Below, one piece after another: positions 10,461-19,801 of a stretch of 64,000 nucleotides of DNA. A program made the translations under genes and the position numbers. The notes beneath the pieces are model-generated. The model made no database searches and was not told the origin of the DNA. It saw only the letters and a list, made by a program, of their open reading frames with translations. Source of the stretch: Nitrosopumilus sp. (GTDB lineage: Archaea; Thermoproteota; Nitrososphaeria; Nitrososphaerales; Nitrosopumilaceae); contig OZ245003.1 in assembly GCA_965223425.1 (NCBI GenBank), positions 384,001-448,000 of the forward strand, read 5' to 3'. The first letter of the stretch is position 1. Each line of letters opens with the position of its first letter.

Positions 10461-11568
10461 ATTCTCGTACTTTTCCTTCTCTAAATCGTTCAAATATGTG
10501 GTTCATTAAACGAGCCACAGATGATTGGCTTGCTCTTAATTGGGGAACAATTGTGATTCTATTTGCAGATAAAACCCAAATATCAAATGACGAACCATCC
10601 AAATAATCTACTAATGAAATGTGAACATATGGATTAGAATGATATACACTTGTTGACGCATATGACATCTTTTTAACACTTTCAATAAATCGATGATTTT
10701 GATCTACATTCTCAAATACATCATAATCTAGATCAATTACTAATGGCGATGGTTTTGCTTTATTTTCAGTTCTGGAACGATTTGAATAAAGTTTGAATTT
10801 CTTTTCAATGATTTCAATTATGTGAGGCATTATCATCTGATAAAATGGGGAAAAGGCATCTCGAAATTTAAACAGTCCTCCTCTAGAAAAATAACCTCCC
10901 ATACTTATGACGTCCTTTTTCAATAAATGGAATTGAACCTTATCAATCCATTGATCATTAGCAAAGGCATCATCAAATGATTCTCTGTAAGGTCTTCCAG
11001 TATATGTTACAGCTGATTCTTTAGAATCCACACTTTGTTCTTTTCGTTTTGTTTTTCTATTGTAAACTATTTTATGAGCTATTCGTTTATACGCTGTTAT
11101 CCTGTCCACAATAATCTCTCCTTCAGTTGCATTTTCTAGTTTTTCTAAAATTTGTTGAATCTCACTTGAACTTAGAAAGGCTAGTGAGATTTCTGGATAA
11201 AATGAATTGATAAAAGGTCTTAAAACAGATTCAACAAATAAACGAGGTTCATCAGTAACTGCAAAATATACTTCTGGTTTAGGTGTATTTACTATCAAAA
11301 CATTCCCAAATTGTTCAGAATCTTTTTTGGCTACTCTAATAGAAAAAATACTATTTGTTTTATTCCCATCCCCAAAATCAACAACGAATCTTGGTGATTT
11401 TATATTTTTTATGTTTTGAAAAATATCTTTTTTTGAAACAAGTAAAAACATACTAATCTGGTATTTTCGGTTTCTGTGTAACATTTCGTCTATGTATCCC
11501 GCACATGTATCCGAATCATCATGAGTTTGTTTATACAACCAATATTCACTACCGTATTTTTCCCACAT
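10432..11568 (-). CDS. Hypothetical 378-aa protein, partner of the nuclease
   Basis: Long intact AT-rich ORF overlapping the downstream nuclease gene; no recognised family. Confidence 0.75.
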   Translation of the reverse strand: MWEKYGSEYWLYKQTHDDSDTCAGYIDEMLHRNRKYQISMFLLVSKKDIFQNIKNIKSPRFVVDFGDGNKTNSIFSIRVAKKDSEQFGNVLIVNTPKPEVYFAVTDEPRLFVESVLRPFINSFYPEISLAFLSSSEIQQILEKLENATEGEIIVDRITAYKRIAHKIVYNRKTKRKEQSVDSKESAVTYTGRPYRESFDDAFANDQWIDKVQFHLLKKDVISMGGYFSRGGLFKFRDAFSPFYQMIMPHIIEIIEKKFKLYSNRSRTENKAKPSPLVIDLDYDVFENVDQNHRFIESVKKMSYASTSVYHSNPYVHISLVDYLDGSSFDIWVLSANRITIVPQLRASQSSVARLMNHIFERFREGKVREYEGYIKSGS

Positions 11569-11752
11569 GGAACACTCTTGTCAATATCTGGTTGATATAA
11601 CTTTATAATGAGAATTGCAAAAATTATCAAATCTTTTTTAAAATATGTTTTAATTATCAATTTTTCACAAATTTTCTCCATTTCAGTCGAATTGAAGCAA
11701 GACAAGAAATCAGTCATTTTCGTAATAGAACTATACCCCACAACACTAAAAT

Positions 11753-11778
11753 ATATCACTAGTGATATCACTAGTGAT
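11753..11778. promoter_or_regulatory. Perfect palindromic operator candidate, (ATCACTAGTGAT)x2, at the padR start
   Basis: 11755-11778 is a 24-bp perfect palindrome directly after the TATA-like AAAATATA. Confidence 0.55.
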
Positions 11779-12286
11779 GATTTCTGAATGGTTTCAGAGA
11801 GTTGGAAGTTCAATCCCTAGAGGATTTTCAAGATATTTCATTTTAGAACTGCTAAAAAAGAAACCACGTACTGGAAAAGAGATTATCGATTACGCCGTTG
11901 AACAAAGTAATGGTATTTGGAAGCCATCTCCGGGATTGATCTATCCTTTGTTGGGTAGATTGCTTGATGAAGGATTAATTGAAGAAACTAAAGATGGAAA
12001 ATACCAACTAACAGAAAAAGGAAATGAAACATCAGAGGATGTAGACAAGATTAATGACATTGTCCGAAAGCAGTTGGATGTTTTATTTAGATTAGGTAAT
12101 GTGGGTAGATTTGTTGCAATGGATCTATTAGAAAAGATTTCAGCAATGGGTTCCATTCTAAGCTCAAATTTTGCCCATATGACTGAAGAGGAGACAAAGA
12201 AATACAAACAATTTCTTGAATCAGAATTAAAGAAAATTCAGGAAAAAGATGTAAAGAAGAAAGGCAAAAAAATCAAGATCGAATAG
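11777..12286 (+). CDS. PadR-family transcriptional regulator
   Basis: RYFILELL...TGKEII...WKPSPGLIYPLLGRLLDEGLI...YQLTEKG; start placed at MISEW. Confidence 0.9.
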   Translation: MISEWFQRVGSSIPRGFSRYFILELLKKKPRTGKEIIDYAVEQSNGIWKPSPGLIYPLLGRLLDEGLIEETKDGKYQLTEKGNETSEDVDKINDIVRKQLDVLFRLGNVGRFVAMDLLEKISAMGSILSSNFAHMTEEETKKYKQFLESELKKIQEKDVKKKGKKIKIE

Positions 12287-12396
12287 AAACATAAGAAAAA
12301 GTACTAAAATCAATTCCCATCAAAATCCAAATCCGCCAAGCAGTTTTGCAGAATTTATGATTAAAATCATAAATAATTCATAGAAAGAACAAAATT

Positions 12397-13263
12397 ATGA
12401 AAAACTTGAAAAACATGTTAAAATCAAGAAAACCGCTTGTTATTCCGGGAATATATGATGCATTAGGGGCAAAGATTGCTCAAAAAGTTGGATTTGATGC
12501 AATGTTCCAAACAGGTTATGGAACATCTGCTACTCTGTTTGGAATGCCTGATTATGGGTTTATTGGAGCAACAGAAACAGTAGATAATGCTAGACGGATA
12601 TGTGGAGCAGTTTCAGTTCCCGTAATTGTGGATTCAGATACGGGGTATGGAAATGCATTAAGCGTATGGAAACTAGTACAGGAATTAGAATCAGCAGGGG
12701 CTTCAGGAATTTTTCTTGAAGATCAAAGATGGCCTAAAAGATGCGGACATATGCAAGGAAAAGAAGTAATTCCACAAGAAGAGTACACTGAAAAATTATC
12801 AGCCGCACTAGATGCAAGAGAAGGCAAAGATTTCATAGTTGTTGCAAGAACAGATGCAAGAGCCACCGAAGGACTAGATGCAGCCATTGAGCGTGGAAAA
12901 CAAAATAAGAAAACAGGGGCAAGTGCAATATTTGTTGAAGCGCCAAGATCGTTAGACGAAATGAAAAAGATTGGAAAGGAAATCAATGCACCATTAGTTG
13001 CAAACATGATCGAAGGCGGAGCGACTCCATTAAGCTCTGCTGAAACGTTAAGCAAGATGGGATTTAAAATAATTCTTTACCCGCTATCTGTTTTGTATGC
13101 CAATACATTTGCAACCATGAATATTCTAAAAGAGCTAAAGAAATCAGGAAATACCACAAAGTATAAACAAAAAGTTGTGAATTTTGACCAGTTCAATGAT
13201 CTGGTGGAACTTCCAAAGTTCCGAAAGATGGAAAGGAAGTTTGGAAATTTAAAAAGAGAATAA
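12397..13263 (+). CDS. Isocitrate lyase/PEP mutase family protein (methylisocitrate lyase-like)
   Basis: DSDTGYG, LEDQRWPKRCGH and ARTDA motifs. Confidence 0.9.
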   Translation: MKNLKNMLKSRKPLVIPGIYDALGAKIAQKVGFDAMFQTGYGTSATLFGMPDYGFIGATETVDNARRICGAVSVPVIVDSDTGYGNALSVWKLVQELESAGASGIFLEDQRWPKRCGHMQGKEVIPQEEYTEKLSAALDAREGKDFIVVARTDARATEGLDAAIERGKQNKKTGASAIFVEAPRSLDEMKKIGKEINAPLVANMIEGGATPLSSAETLSKMGFKIILYPLSVLYANTFATMNILKELKKSGNTTKYKQKVVNFDQFNDLVELPKFRKMERKFGNLKRE

Positions 13264-13289
13264 AAAGAAAAATTTCAAGTAAAGAAGAG

Positions 13290-13577
13290 TTATGTTGTGT
13301 TTCTCTTTACTTCAATTTCTATTGTTGAAACGTTTCTGGTTCTGCCGTCTTGTGACTCTAGTGACTCTGAGCCAATTTTAATATCCCCGATAGAGTAGCC
13401 TGCATTTTCTGTTTTTCGTGCAATGATTTGAGCTACATCTACAGCACGACCTATGCTGAGTCCTCTAGCTTTGATGTTGACGGTCGGTAAGTTTGCCAAT
13501 TGAATTAGCGTTGATGTAACATATGCCATCAATGGTTTCTTACCGATGAATATAGTGTCTCTGGCTTCGTTTGACAT
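13290..13577 (-). CDS. albA: Chromatin protein Alba
   Basis: IFIGKKPLMAYV...IKARGLSIGRAVDVA...VSTIEI. Confidence 0.95.
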   Translation of the reverse strand: MSNEARDTIFIGKKPLMAYVTSTLIQLANLPTVNIKARGLSIGRAVDVAQIIARKTENAGYSIGDIKIGSESLESQDGRTRNVSTIEIEVKRNTT

Positions 13578-13692
13578 GGGAAATTTGGCATTTAGGGATA
13601 ATTTAAAGCTAAAAGGGTTTTTTTGAATATGATGAAAATTTTTTGAAAGATTTGAACTATTATTAACTAGAAAAGAGTAATTTATTCAGAAT

Positions 13693-14232
13693 TTGGAAAA
13701 TATCTCAAAAGTTTTAGAATTAGGAAGTTGTGAAGAAAAAATCAGAATCTTAGAAACTTTGGATCGTACTGACAGTCCAGAAATTTTAGAAAAGATAATT
13801 TCAAGATTAGATGATGATGATATTCAAGTTAGAGGGGAGGCATTTAGTTCACTTGTGTTAAACGAAAACAAGATTTCAAATTTTTTAATTAAAAGTTTGA
13901 GTTCTGCAAGTAAAAACATCAGGGGCTTTGCATCATTGGTATTGGCAAACAGAAATGAAACGTCTGCAATTCCGGAAATAATAAAACTTGCAAGCGATGA
14001 GCGTTCCATGGTTAGATCATGCGCAATTGGGGCATTAGGATATCTCAGAGCTCAAGATGCCAAAGAGATTTTTCTTAAATCCCTTTTAGACTCTAATTTG
14101 GAAGTAAGGAAAAGTGCCATGCAAGCAATCATTGATCTAAATATCATAATTTCAGAAAATCAGATAAGTGAAATTACTAAAGAAAAAGATCCTGAAATAG
14201 AAAAACTACTTTCTATGTTGAAAAAAATATGA
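13693..14232 (+). CDS. HEAT-repeat protein
   Basis: Repeated D...VR..A..AL helical units. Confidence 0.85.
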   Translation: MENISKVLELGSCEEKIRILETLDRTDSPEILEKIISRLDDDDIQVRGEAFSSLVLNENKISNFLIKSLSSASKNIRGFASLVLANRNETSAIPEIIKLASDERSMVRSCAIGALGYLRAQDAKEIFLKSLLDSNLEVRKSAMQAIIDLNIIISENQISEITKEKDPEIEKLLSMLKKI

Positions 14233-14601
14233 TCAACCAGATGGGTATTATTGCCCATGTGGTCTCTCTCTTTTACGTTCTGATACTTGATGTGCGTATC
14301 AATGAGGAATGGCATTGCCGGTAGGCAATTTACCTGAAAAGTGTCAGTAGATACCTGTTCGTATTTTTAATTATAAATCAAAAATATGCCCGCAGTTGAC
14401 ACATCCTCTACTACATCATGATTCAAACCAGGCATCCGTATTTTTTGCCCATGAGTGCTTGTGCACCATCCTGATTGATCATGTGGATGCCACGACTACC
14501 GACGGGTAAAATCTAGATGATTTCCAGAGCAGCAGCCTGTTTTTATTAATGTATAAGAAACAGATGAATCACATATAAAATTAAAATCCATGGTTTAAGG
14601 G

Positions 14602-16161
14602 ATGTCTACATTTTTAGAAAAGAAAAACCCAGTCAAAGTTTCACTGATAGTTTTTCTTGCATCTTTGGGAATAGGCATAATTTCATTGGGCATACTATAT
14701 GTTTTAGATAATTACTCCCTGTTATACTATGGAGATGCAATATCACACCTAATTAATGCACGACGATTTGTAGATGCTGCAGAACCTGGAATAGGACAAA
14801 TGATAACAGTCTGGCTGCCCCTGCCGCATGTTATGATGCTGCCGTTTTCCATGATTGACTCTTTGTTTGTAACAGGTCTTACGGGAACTATTGTTAATCT
14901 GCCATTACATGCACTAACTGCAGTTTTCATATTCAAACTTGTTCAAGGTCAGACCAAAAAACAATGGATAGCAATAGCCGGGGCATTACTGTACGCAACA
15001 AACCCCAATCTGATTTATTTAGGAATTACAGCAATGACTGAGGCGCCGTTTATGCTATTTTTTGTAGGATCTGCATATTTTTTACAAAGATGGATTGTAA
15101 AACTTGCAGACAGTATTAATTTTAGATATATTTTGTATTGCTCAGTTTTTGTTTCCCTTGCAACATTATGCAGATATGAAGCATGGATATTGTCTATTGC
15201 TTTGATAATATTTACAGTTTATTTTGCAAGTAGAAAAATAAAACAAAGGAAGAAAATCATTCTCGTAATTCTGATTTCTCTGGTTTCAGGCACTGGAATT
15301 TTATTCTGGCTTGCTTGGAACGGAATTGCTTTTGGCGATCCACTAGAATTTGCAAATGCTGAATTTTATGCTGCAGCGTCACAAGCAGTTGAGCGAACCA
15401 ATCGAGACTCGTTGTTTTTGCAACCACAAAACGTTTTGTATATCTATGGAATGGCCGCATTCATGATATCAGGTCCTATCCTGCTAGCAATTGCTGTCAT
15501 CGGGTATTACTATTATTTAAGACAAAAAGAAAAAATTGCGTCAACGTTAGTGTGTGTATTTTTGTCATTACCAGCTTTGTTTACTATACTGACAATGATT
15601 GGAGGAATAGCAGAGATGAACCACTGGTGGTTTAATGCAAGATTTGCGACATTTTTGACACCACTGGTAATAGTTATGGCATGTATGGCATTATTTAGAT
15701 TAAAAGAACACATAAACAAAAAATCTGTAGCGGCAATAATTGTAGCTGGTCTTTTTGTTTTTCAGCTTTCTAGTCCAACTTTTGGCGTCGTAACATTTGC
15801 AGATGCAAAACAGGGCTCTGAATACAAACAAGCACCATACTCAAGACAAGTAGCCGATTATTTGAAAGAAAATTATGATGATGGAAACATAATGATCATT
15901 ACAGGCTCTGCACAGGCACATAAAATCATGATCTCATCTGGGATTTCCCTGGCAACATTTGACGAAGTAACAGAATCTGATCTTCACAAGCCATCATACA
16001 AAGAGCCTTGGAAATACGATGACTGGTTTATTATTGGATTGGAGCCTGATTCTGATTCTGTAACTGCGGTAAATTATTGGACTAGCAACATTGAACAAAT
16101 CAACAGTCATTACTCTCTAGCGTATGAGAATCAGTATTACAGAGTCTTCAAGATTCTATGA
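14602..16161 (+). CDS. GT-C (PMT/GT39-like) membrane glycosyltransferase
   Basis: About 11 TM helices; YYGDAISH, WLPLPH, AMTEAPF and RYEAW motifs. Confidence 0.8.
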   Translation: MSTFLEKKNPVKVSLIVFLASLGIGIISLGILYVLDNYSLLYYGDAISHLINARRFVDAAEPGIGQMITVWLPLPHVMMLPFSMIDSLFVTGLTGTIVNLPLHALTAVFIFKLVQGQTKKQWIAIAGALLYATNPNLIYLGITAMTEAPFMLFFVGSAYFLQRWIVKLADSINFRYILYCSVFVSLATLCRYEAWILSIALIIFTVYFASRKIKQRKKIILVILISLVSGTGILFWLAWNGIAFGDPLEFANAEFYAAASQAVERTNRDSLFLQPQNVLYIYGMAAFMISGPILLAIAVIGYYYYLRQKEKIASTLVCVFLSLPALFTILTMIGGIAEMNHWWFNARFATFLTPLVIVMACMALFRLKEHINKKSVAAIIVAGLFVFQLSSPTFGVVTFADAKQGSEYKQAPYSRQVADYLKENYDDGNIMIITGSAQAHKIMISSGISLATFDEVTESDLHKPSYKEPWKYDDWFIIGLEPDSDSVTAVNYWTSNIEQINSHYSLAYENQYYRVFKIL

Positions 16162-16218
16162 TTAAGAAAAATACTATTTTTCAATATTCATACCCGACGA
16201 GGTTATCTGTAGACAATT

Positions 16219-16290
16219 CATGATAAAAAATGGAGGTTTATGGCCAATCATTAATGCTTTGGACTGTTCCAGTCTGCGGTGATTGTCCAT
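16219..16290 (-). repeat. Imperfect ~70-bp direct repeat, copy 1
   Basis: Aligns with 16863-16932; encodes WTITADW...SINDWP* plus spacer and next ATG, with a 1-bp insertion. Confidence 0.8.
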
Positions 16291-16562
16291 CCTTCTTCTG
16301 GAGAATTATTGTATTTGTCCATCTTAACAATTTGGATCCTTTCATTCCCGTTGTGAATAGTGTTTTTTTGACCGTTGGCGCTTTGTACATTGTCAGAACC
16401 GTCATTGAGGTCGTAATCATAGATTTGCTTCACTATCTCTGACGTGATAATTAACATTACAAGCCTCAGCAATATTTTCTCAATCCTTGCAGAAACCTTC
16501 TCAATCGTCCTGAAATACCTGACATCAAAATCATCTGGAAACCTGATGAGGCTATGGGTTAA

Positions 16563-16865
16563 TCACTTTGCTTGAACAGAGCCTTTGATTCGTCTAAGCG
16601 AATATACTATCAAGCAGATGCCAGATATTCCATATCCAATAACCAGCAGCGACAGCTTCAGGTTAAAGTGGCATTCTTCTGCAGCTTCCTCTATACTACT
16701 GTCCATTAATGATTGTGAATACTCCACGGTCTCCAACATGCAGTGATACGTAAACAGATGGACCGTGTTTACATCCCCTAGAAGTTGCGGAAATGAGGAA
16801 AAAAATGAAAACAAGCACAGTAAAAAGATCCCAGAGAGCAACAGGGCAAATGTTTTTTTGAACAT
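16563..16865 (-). CDS. Small two-TM hypothetical protein
   Basis: 100 aa with hydrophobic ends and a Cys-containing loop; its ATG lies within repeat copy 2. Confidence 0.55.
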   Translation of the reverse strand: MFKKTFALLLSGIFLLCLFSFFSSFPQLLGDVNTVHLFTYHCMLETVEYSQSLMDSSIEEAAEECHFNLKLSLLVIGYGISGICLIVYSLRRIKGSVQAK

Positions 16866-16932
16866 GATAAAAAGAGAGGGTTATGGATATTCATTAATGC
16901 TTCGGACTGTCCAATCTGCGGTGATTGTCCAT
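16863..16932 (-). repeat. Imperfect ~70-bp direct repeat, copy 2
   Basis: Encodes WTITADWTVRSINEYP* followed by CCCTCTCTTTTTATC-ATG. Confidence 0.8.
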
Positions 16933-17147
16933 GGAGTCTCATTTGGAATTTCACTGTTCAAGTCCTCGTAAAGACTTGTGGTATCTCTCCAAGAAATCGT
17001 TGCAGATACTTGTATAGTGTCTTTTTGTTCCAGCATTTTTTATGCCATCAAGAAACTTTTCGTGGGAGATACGTCTTGAGACATTGTCTTCAAATCAATT
17101 TTTAACATACGTTTTCCATGCCTAGAATCTAATTCAAGCACTAAGGG

Positions 17148-17224
17148 TGGTGGACCGGAAGGGATTCGAACCCTTGATCCGATGCATGCCATGCACCTAT
17201 CCTACCAGACTAGACGACCGGCCC
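17148..17224 (-). tRNA. tRNA-Ala(GGC), CCA encoded
   Basis: GGGCCGG/CCGGTCC acceptor stem with G3:U70; anticodon loop ATGGCAT; GTTCGAATC. Confidence 0.92.
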
Positions 17225-17349
17225 AACTATCAGAATTCTGATTGAATAATATTTTTCAAAGTGGGTATTAACGTTTAGCGATTTAATTGAAATCATCGTT
17301 ATGAAATTAACACAATATATTTAACCATGGGTATGATGATCGGATCGTT

Positions 17350-18195
17350 ATGGTAGTAGATAACAAGGCAACTGTTACCTATGTTCAATTGTTAAAAGAA
17401 GATCTTGTAATCATTAGACTAGTTCCAAAAGAATGCCCAGTTCCAGATTTTGAAGCTGGTCAATTTATCACACTAGGATTACCAAATCCTGTAGAAGGTG
17501 GAAAGATTGTTAGGCGTGCATACTCGATTGCATCTCATCCACAGAATAAAGATTACGTCGAACTTGTAATTAGATGGGTTAGAAAACCACTTCCGGGTAG
17601 ATTAACTACGCAGTTGTTTAATCTAAAAGAAGGAGATGAAATTCTTTGGTTAAAACCTACTGGTAAAGCATTAACGATTAGCGAAGAACTTCCAAATGGA
17701 GAAAAAGATAACAGAAGAATTGTTTGTATAGGCGGAGGGACAGGACTTGCACCGTTTGTCAGTTTTGCACAGTATTTTCACGATACTGGAGATAAACGTG
17801 AAATCATAGTTTTACAAGGTGCCAGCTATGTTGATGAGTTAAGTTACAAAGATTTGCTAACTGGTCTTGAAAATGAGAGTATAGCTAGAGGAAAAGATGA
17901 ATGGAACTTCAAGTACAGAGCCGCAATCAGTAGGCCCCAAGAGTGGTTTAACAGATCATGGGGTGGCCAAATTGGAAGAGTTGAGACATTCCTAAGACCC
18001 AGAGAGGATGGAACATCACCATTAGAAGAATTAGTTGGAGAGAAAATTACCAAAGATAATACAATATTCTATGTTTGCGGTTGGCAAGGAACAATAGATG
18101 GCGTGATGGACTTTTTGAAACCAAAAGGATTCGTTTCAGAACATGACAAACGTGAAGACGGAAGTTTTGAAGTCAAATACGAATCATATGGATAG
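17350..18195 (+). CDS. Ferredoxin--NADP(+) reductase
   Basis: RRAYSIAS, GGTGLAPF and YVCGW motifs; C-terminal ESYG. Confidence 0.9.
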   Translation: MVVDNKATVTYVQLLKEDLVIIRLVPKECPVPDFEAGQFITLGLPNPVEGGKIVRRAYSIASHPQNKDYVELVIRWVRKPLPGRLTTQLFNLKEGDEILWLKPTGKALTISEELPNGEKDNRRIVCIGGGTGLAPFVSFAQYFHDTGDKREIIVLQGASYVDELSYKDLLTGLENESIARGKDEWNFKYRAAISRPQEWFNRSWGGQIGRVETFLRPREDGTSPLEELVGEKITKDNTIFYVCGWQGTIDGVMDFLKPKGFVSEHDKREDGSFEVKYESYG

Positions 18196-18246
18196 AGTTT
18201 TTAAAAAATCAATCATTGAAATATGAGATTTATTTAGTGATTATAA

Positions 18247-18849
18247 TTGATTACTGCACTATACCTTGCACATCTTAATCCAGTAACACATGCACATGTT
18301 GAAATTATTTCAGAGTTGAAAAAAGAAGCTGACATCATCAAAGTTATGCCCGTAGTTTTCAAAGATGATGAACGAGAAGTCAACAGTAAAAGTTTTCCAT
18401 TTAATTTTGAAACGAGAAAGAAAATGCTCATGTCCGTTTTTGACGATTCAATCCAAATTACAGATGACTATACATTTTTTGCCCCATTTAAAAAATACTT
18501 GCCACCTTTAGTCAGATCAAGATCATGGAAATTAAGAAAGCAAATTATGCGAGGAGTTGAAGGGGAATTTTTTTCCTACACGGGGGACAAAACTGAAGGA
18601 TATATGCTGAAAATGTACGGACTAAAACCAAGAGTAGGAGAAAGAAAAGTGCTTTCTGCATCATCAGTTAAAGAAAAATTATTTGATGCCGCACTTGGAA
18701 AAGAATCATCATGGAAAAAAGATGTACCAGAAAGCATATTTAAAATAATTGAAGATGATTGGAAAACAGTAGAAAAATTTGCAAATATGGAAGATGCAAC
18801 CACCAGAGTTGCAGGAATGAAGTTTCCCAAGGAAGGATGGTCAAAATAA
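18247..18849 (+). CDS. HxxH-type nucleotidyltransferase (cytidylyltransferase/NMNAT-like)
   Basis: LNPVTHAH, FPFNFETRKKM and SASSVKE...W...VP motifs. Confidence 0.7.
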   Translation: MITALYLAHLNPVTHAHVEIISELKKEADIIKVMPVVFKDDEREVNSKSFPFNFETRKKMLMSVFDDSIQITDDYTFFAPFKKYLPPLVRSRSWKLRKQIMRGVEGEFFSYTGDKTEGYMLKMYGLKPRVGERKVLSASSVKEKLFDAALGKESSWKKDVPESIFKIIEDDWKTVEKFANMEDATTRVAGMKFPKEGWSK

Positions 18850-18883
18850 ATAGAGATTAATACACATCCAGTAAAAATTTTCT

Positions 18884-19801
18884 ATGAAACTTCCACTTTC
18901 AAAATATGTCTGGTTTGATGGAAAGTATGTTCTTACAAGCAAGGCTCAAGTTCCAATAACCACTCATGCAATTCATTATGGAACATCAATCTTTGAGGGA
19001 ATAAGGGCGTATTGGAATGGAAAAAACCTCCATGTGTTTAGATTAGACGAGCATGTAAAACGATTTAGAAGATCAGGCAAATTTTACAACATCTCACTTA
19101 ATTTTTCAGACAAGGTTATCACTAATGCAATTACCGGAATCTGTAAAAAAAATAATATTAAAAAATCATGCTATATCAGACCATTTTATTTTGTCGGAGA
19201 TTATGGAATCAATCTACATGTAACAGAAAAGGCACCAACTAATGTTGTAATTTTTACATTTCCTTTTGGAAACTTGTTTAACAAAAATGGAATTTCAGCA
19301 GGAGTTGTATCGTGGAGAAAATTCTCAGATCTGTCTACTCCATCACAAGCAAAAATGGGTGGAAACTATCTAAACTCCATTATTGCAACGCAAGAAGCAA
19401 AAAGAAATGGTGTTGATGAGGCAATTATGCTTGATCATAACGGAAATGTCAGCGAAGCACCAGGGGAAAACATCTTCATTGTAAGAGATGGGCAACTAGT
19501 AACTCCATCGCTGGCATCCTCAGCACTTGAAGGAATTACCCGTGATGCAGTAATCAAAATTGCAATGGATTTGGATATTGACGTAGTCGAGAGATGCATT
19601 GCTAGAAGCGAACTAACAATATCTGATGAGATTTTCCTGTCAGGAACAGCGGCTGAAATTACTCCTATCACATCAGTGGATTTACAAAAGATTGGTAGTG
19701 GCAAACCAGGCGATATAACAAATAAGATGATGCAAGAGTATACAGACATAGTAATGAAGAAAAACGACAACTATTCTCATTGGTTAACTGCGGTGTATTA
19801 G
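18884..19801 (+). CDS. ilvE: Branched-chain amino acid aminotransferase
   Basis: HYGTSIFEGIR, AKMGGNY, EAPGENIF, LEGITR, SGTAAEI. Confidence 0.95.
   Translation: MKLPLSKYVWFDGKYVLTSKAQVPITTHAIHYGTSIFEGIRAYWNGKNLHVFRLDEHVKRFRRSGKFYNISLNFSDKVITNAITGICKKNNIKKSCYIRPFYFVGDYGINLHVTEKAPTNVVIFTFPFGNLFNKNGISAGVVSWRKFSDLSTPSQAKMGGNYLNSIIATQEAKRNGVDEAIMLDHNGNVSEAPGENIFIVRDGQLVTPSLASSALEGITRDAVIKIAMDLDIDVVERCIARSELTISDEIFLSGTAAEITPITSVDLQKIGSGKPGDITNKMMQEYTDIVMKKNDNYSHWLTAVY

Noticed and set aside
11490-11813. 107-aa ORF as a third gene of the nuclease cassette
   Set aside because: Overlaps both neighbours and the promoter region; no motif; probably spurious.
14230-14249. Possible degenerate att copy of the tRNA-Ala(GGC) 3' end at the far side of the island
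   Set aside because: Only about 12/20 identity; the position is suggestive but the match is not distinguishable from chance.
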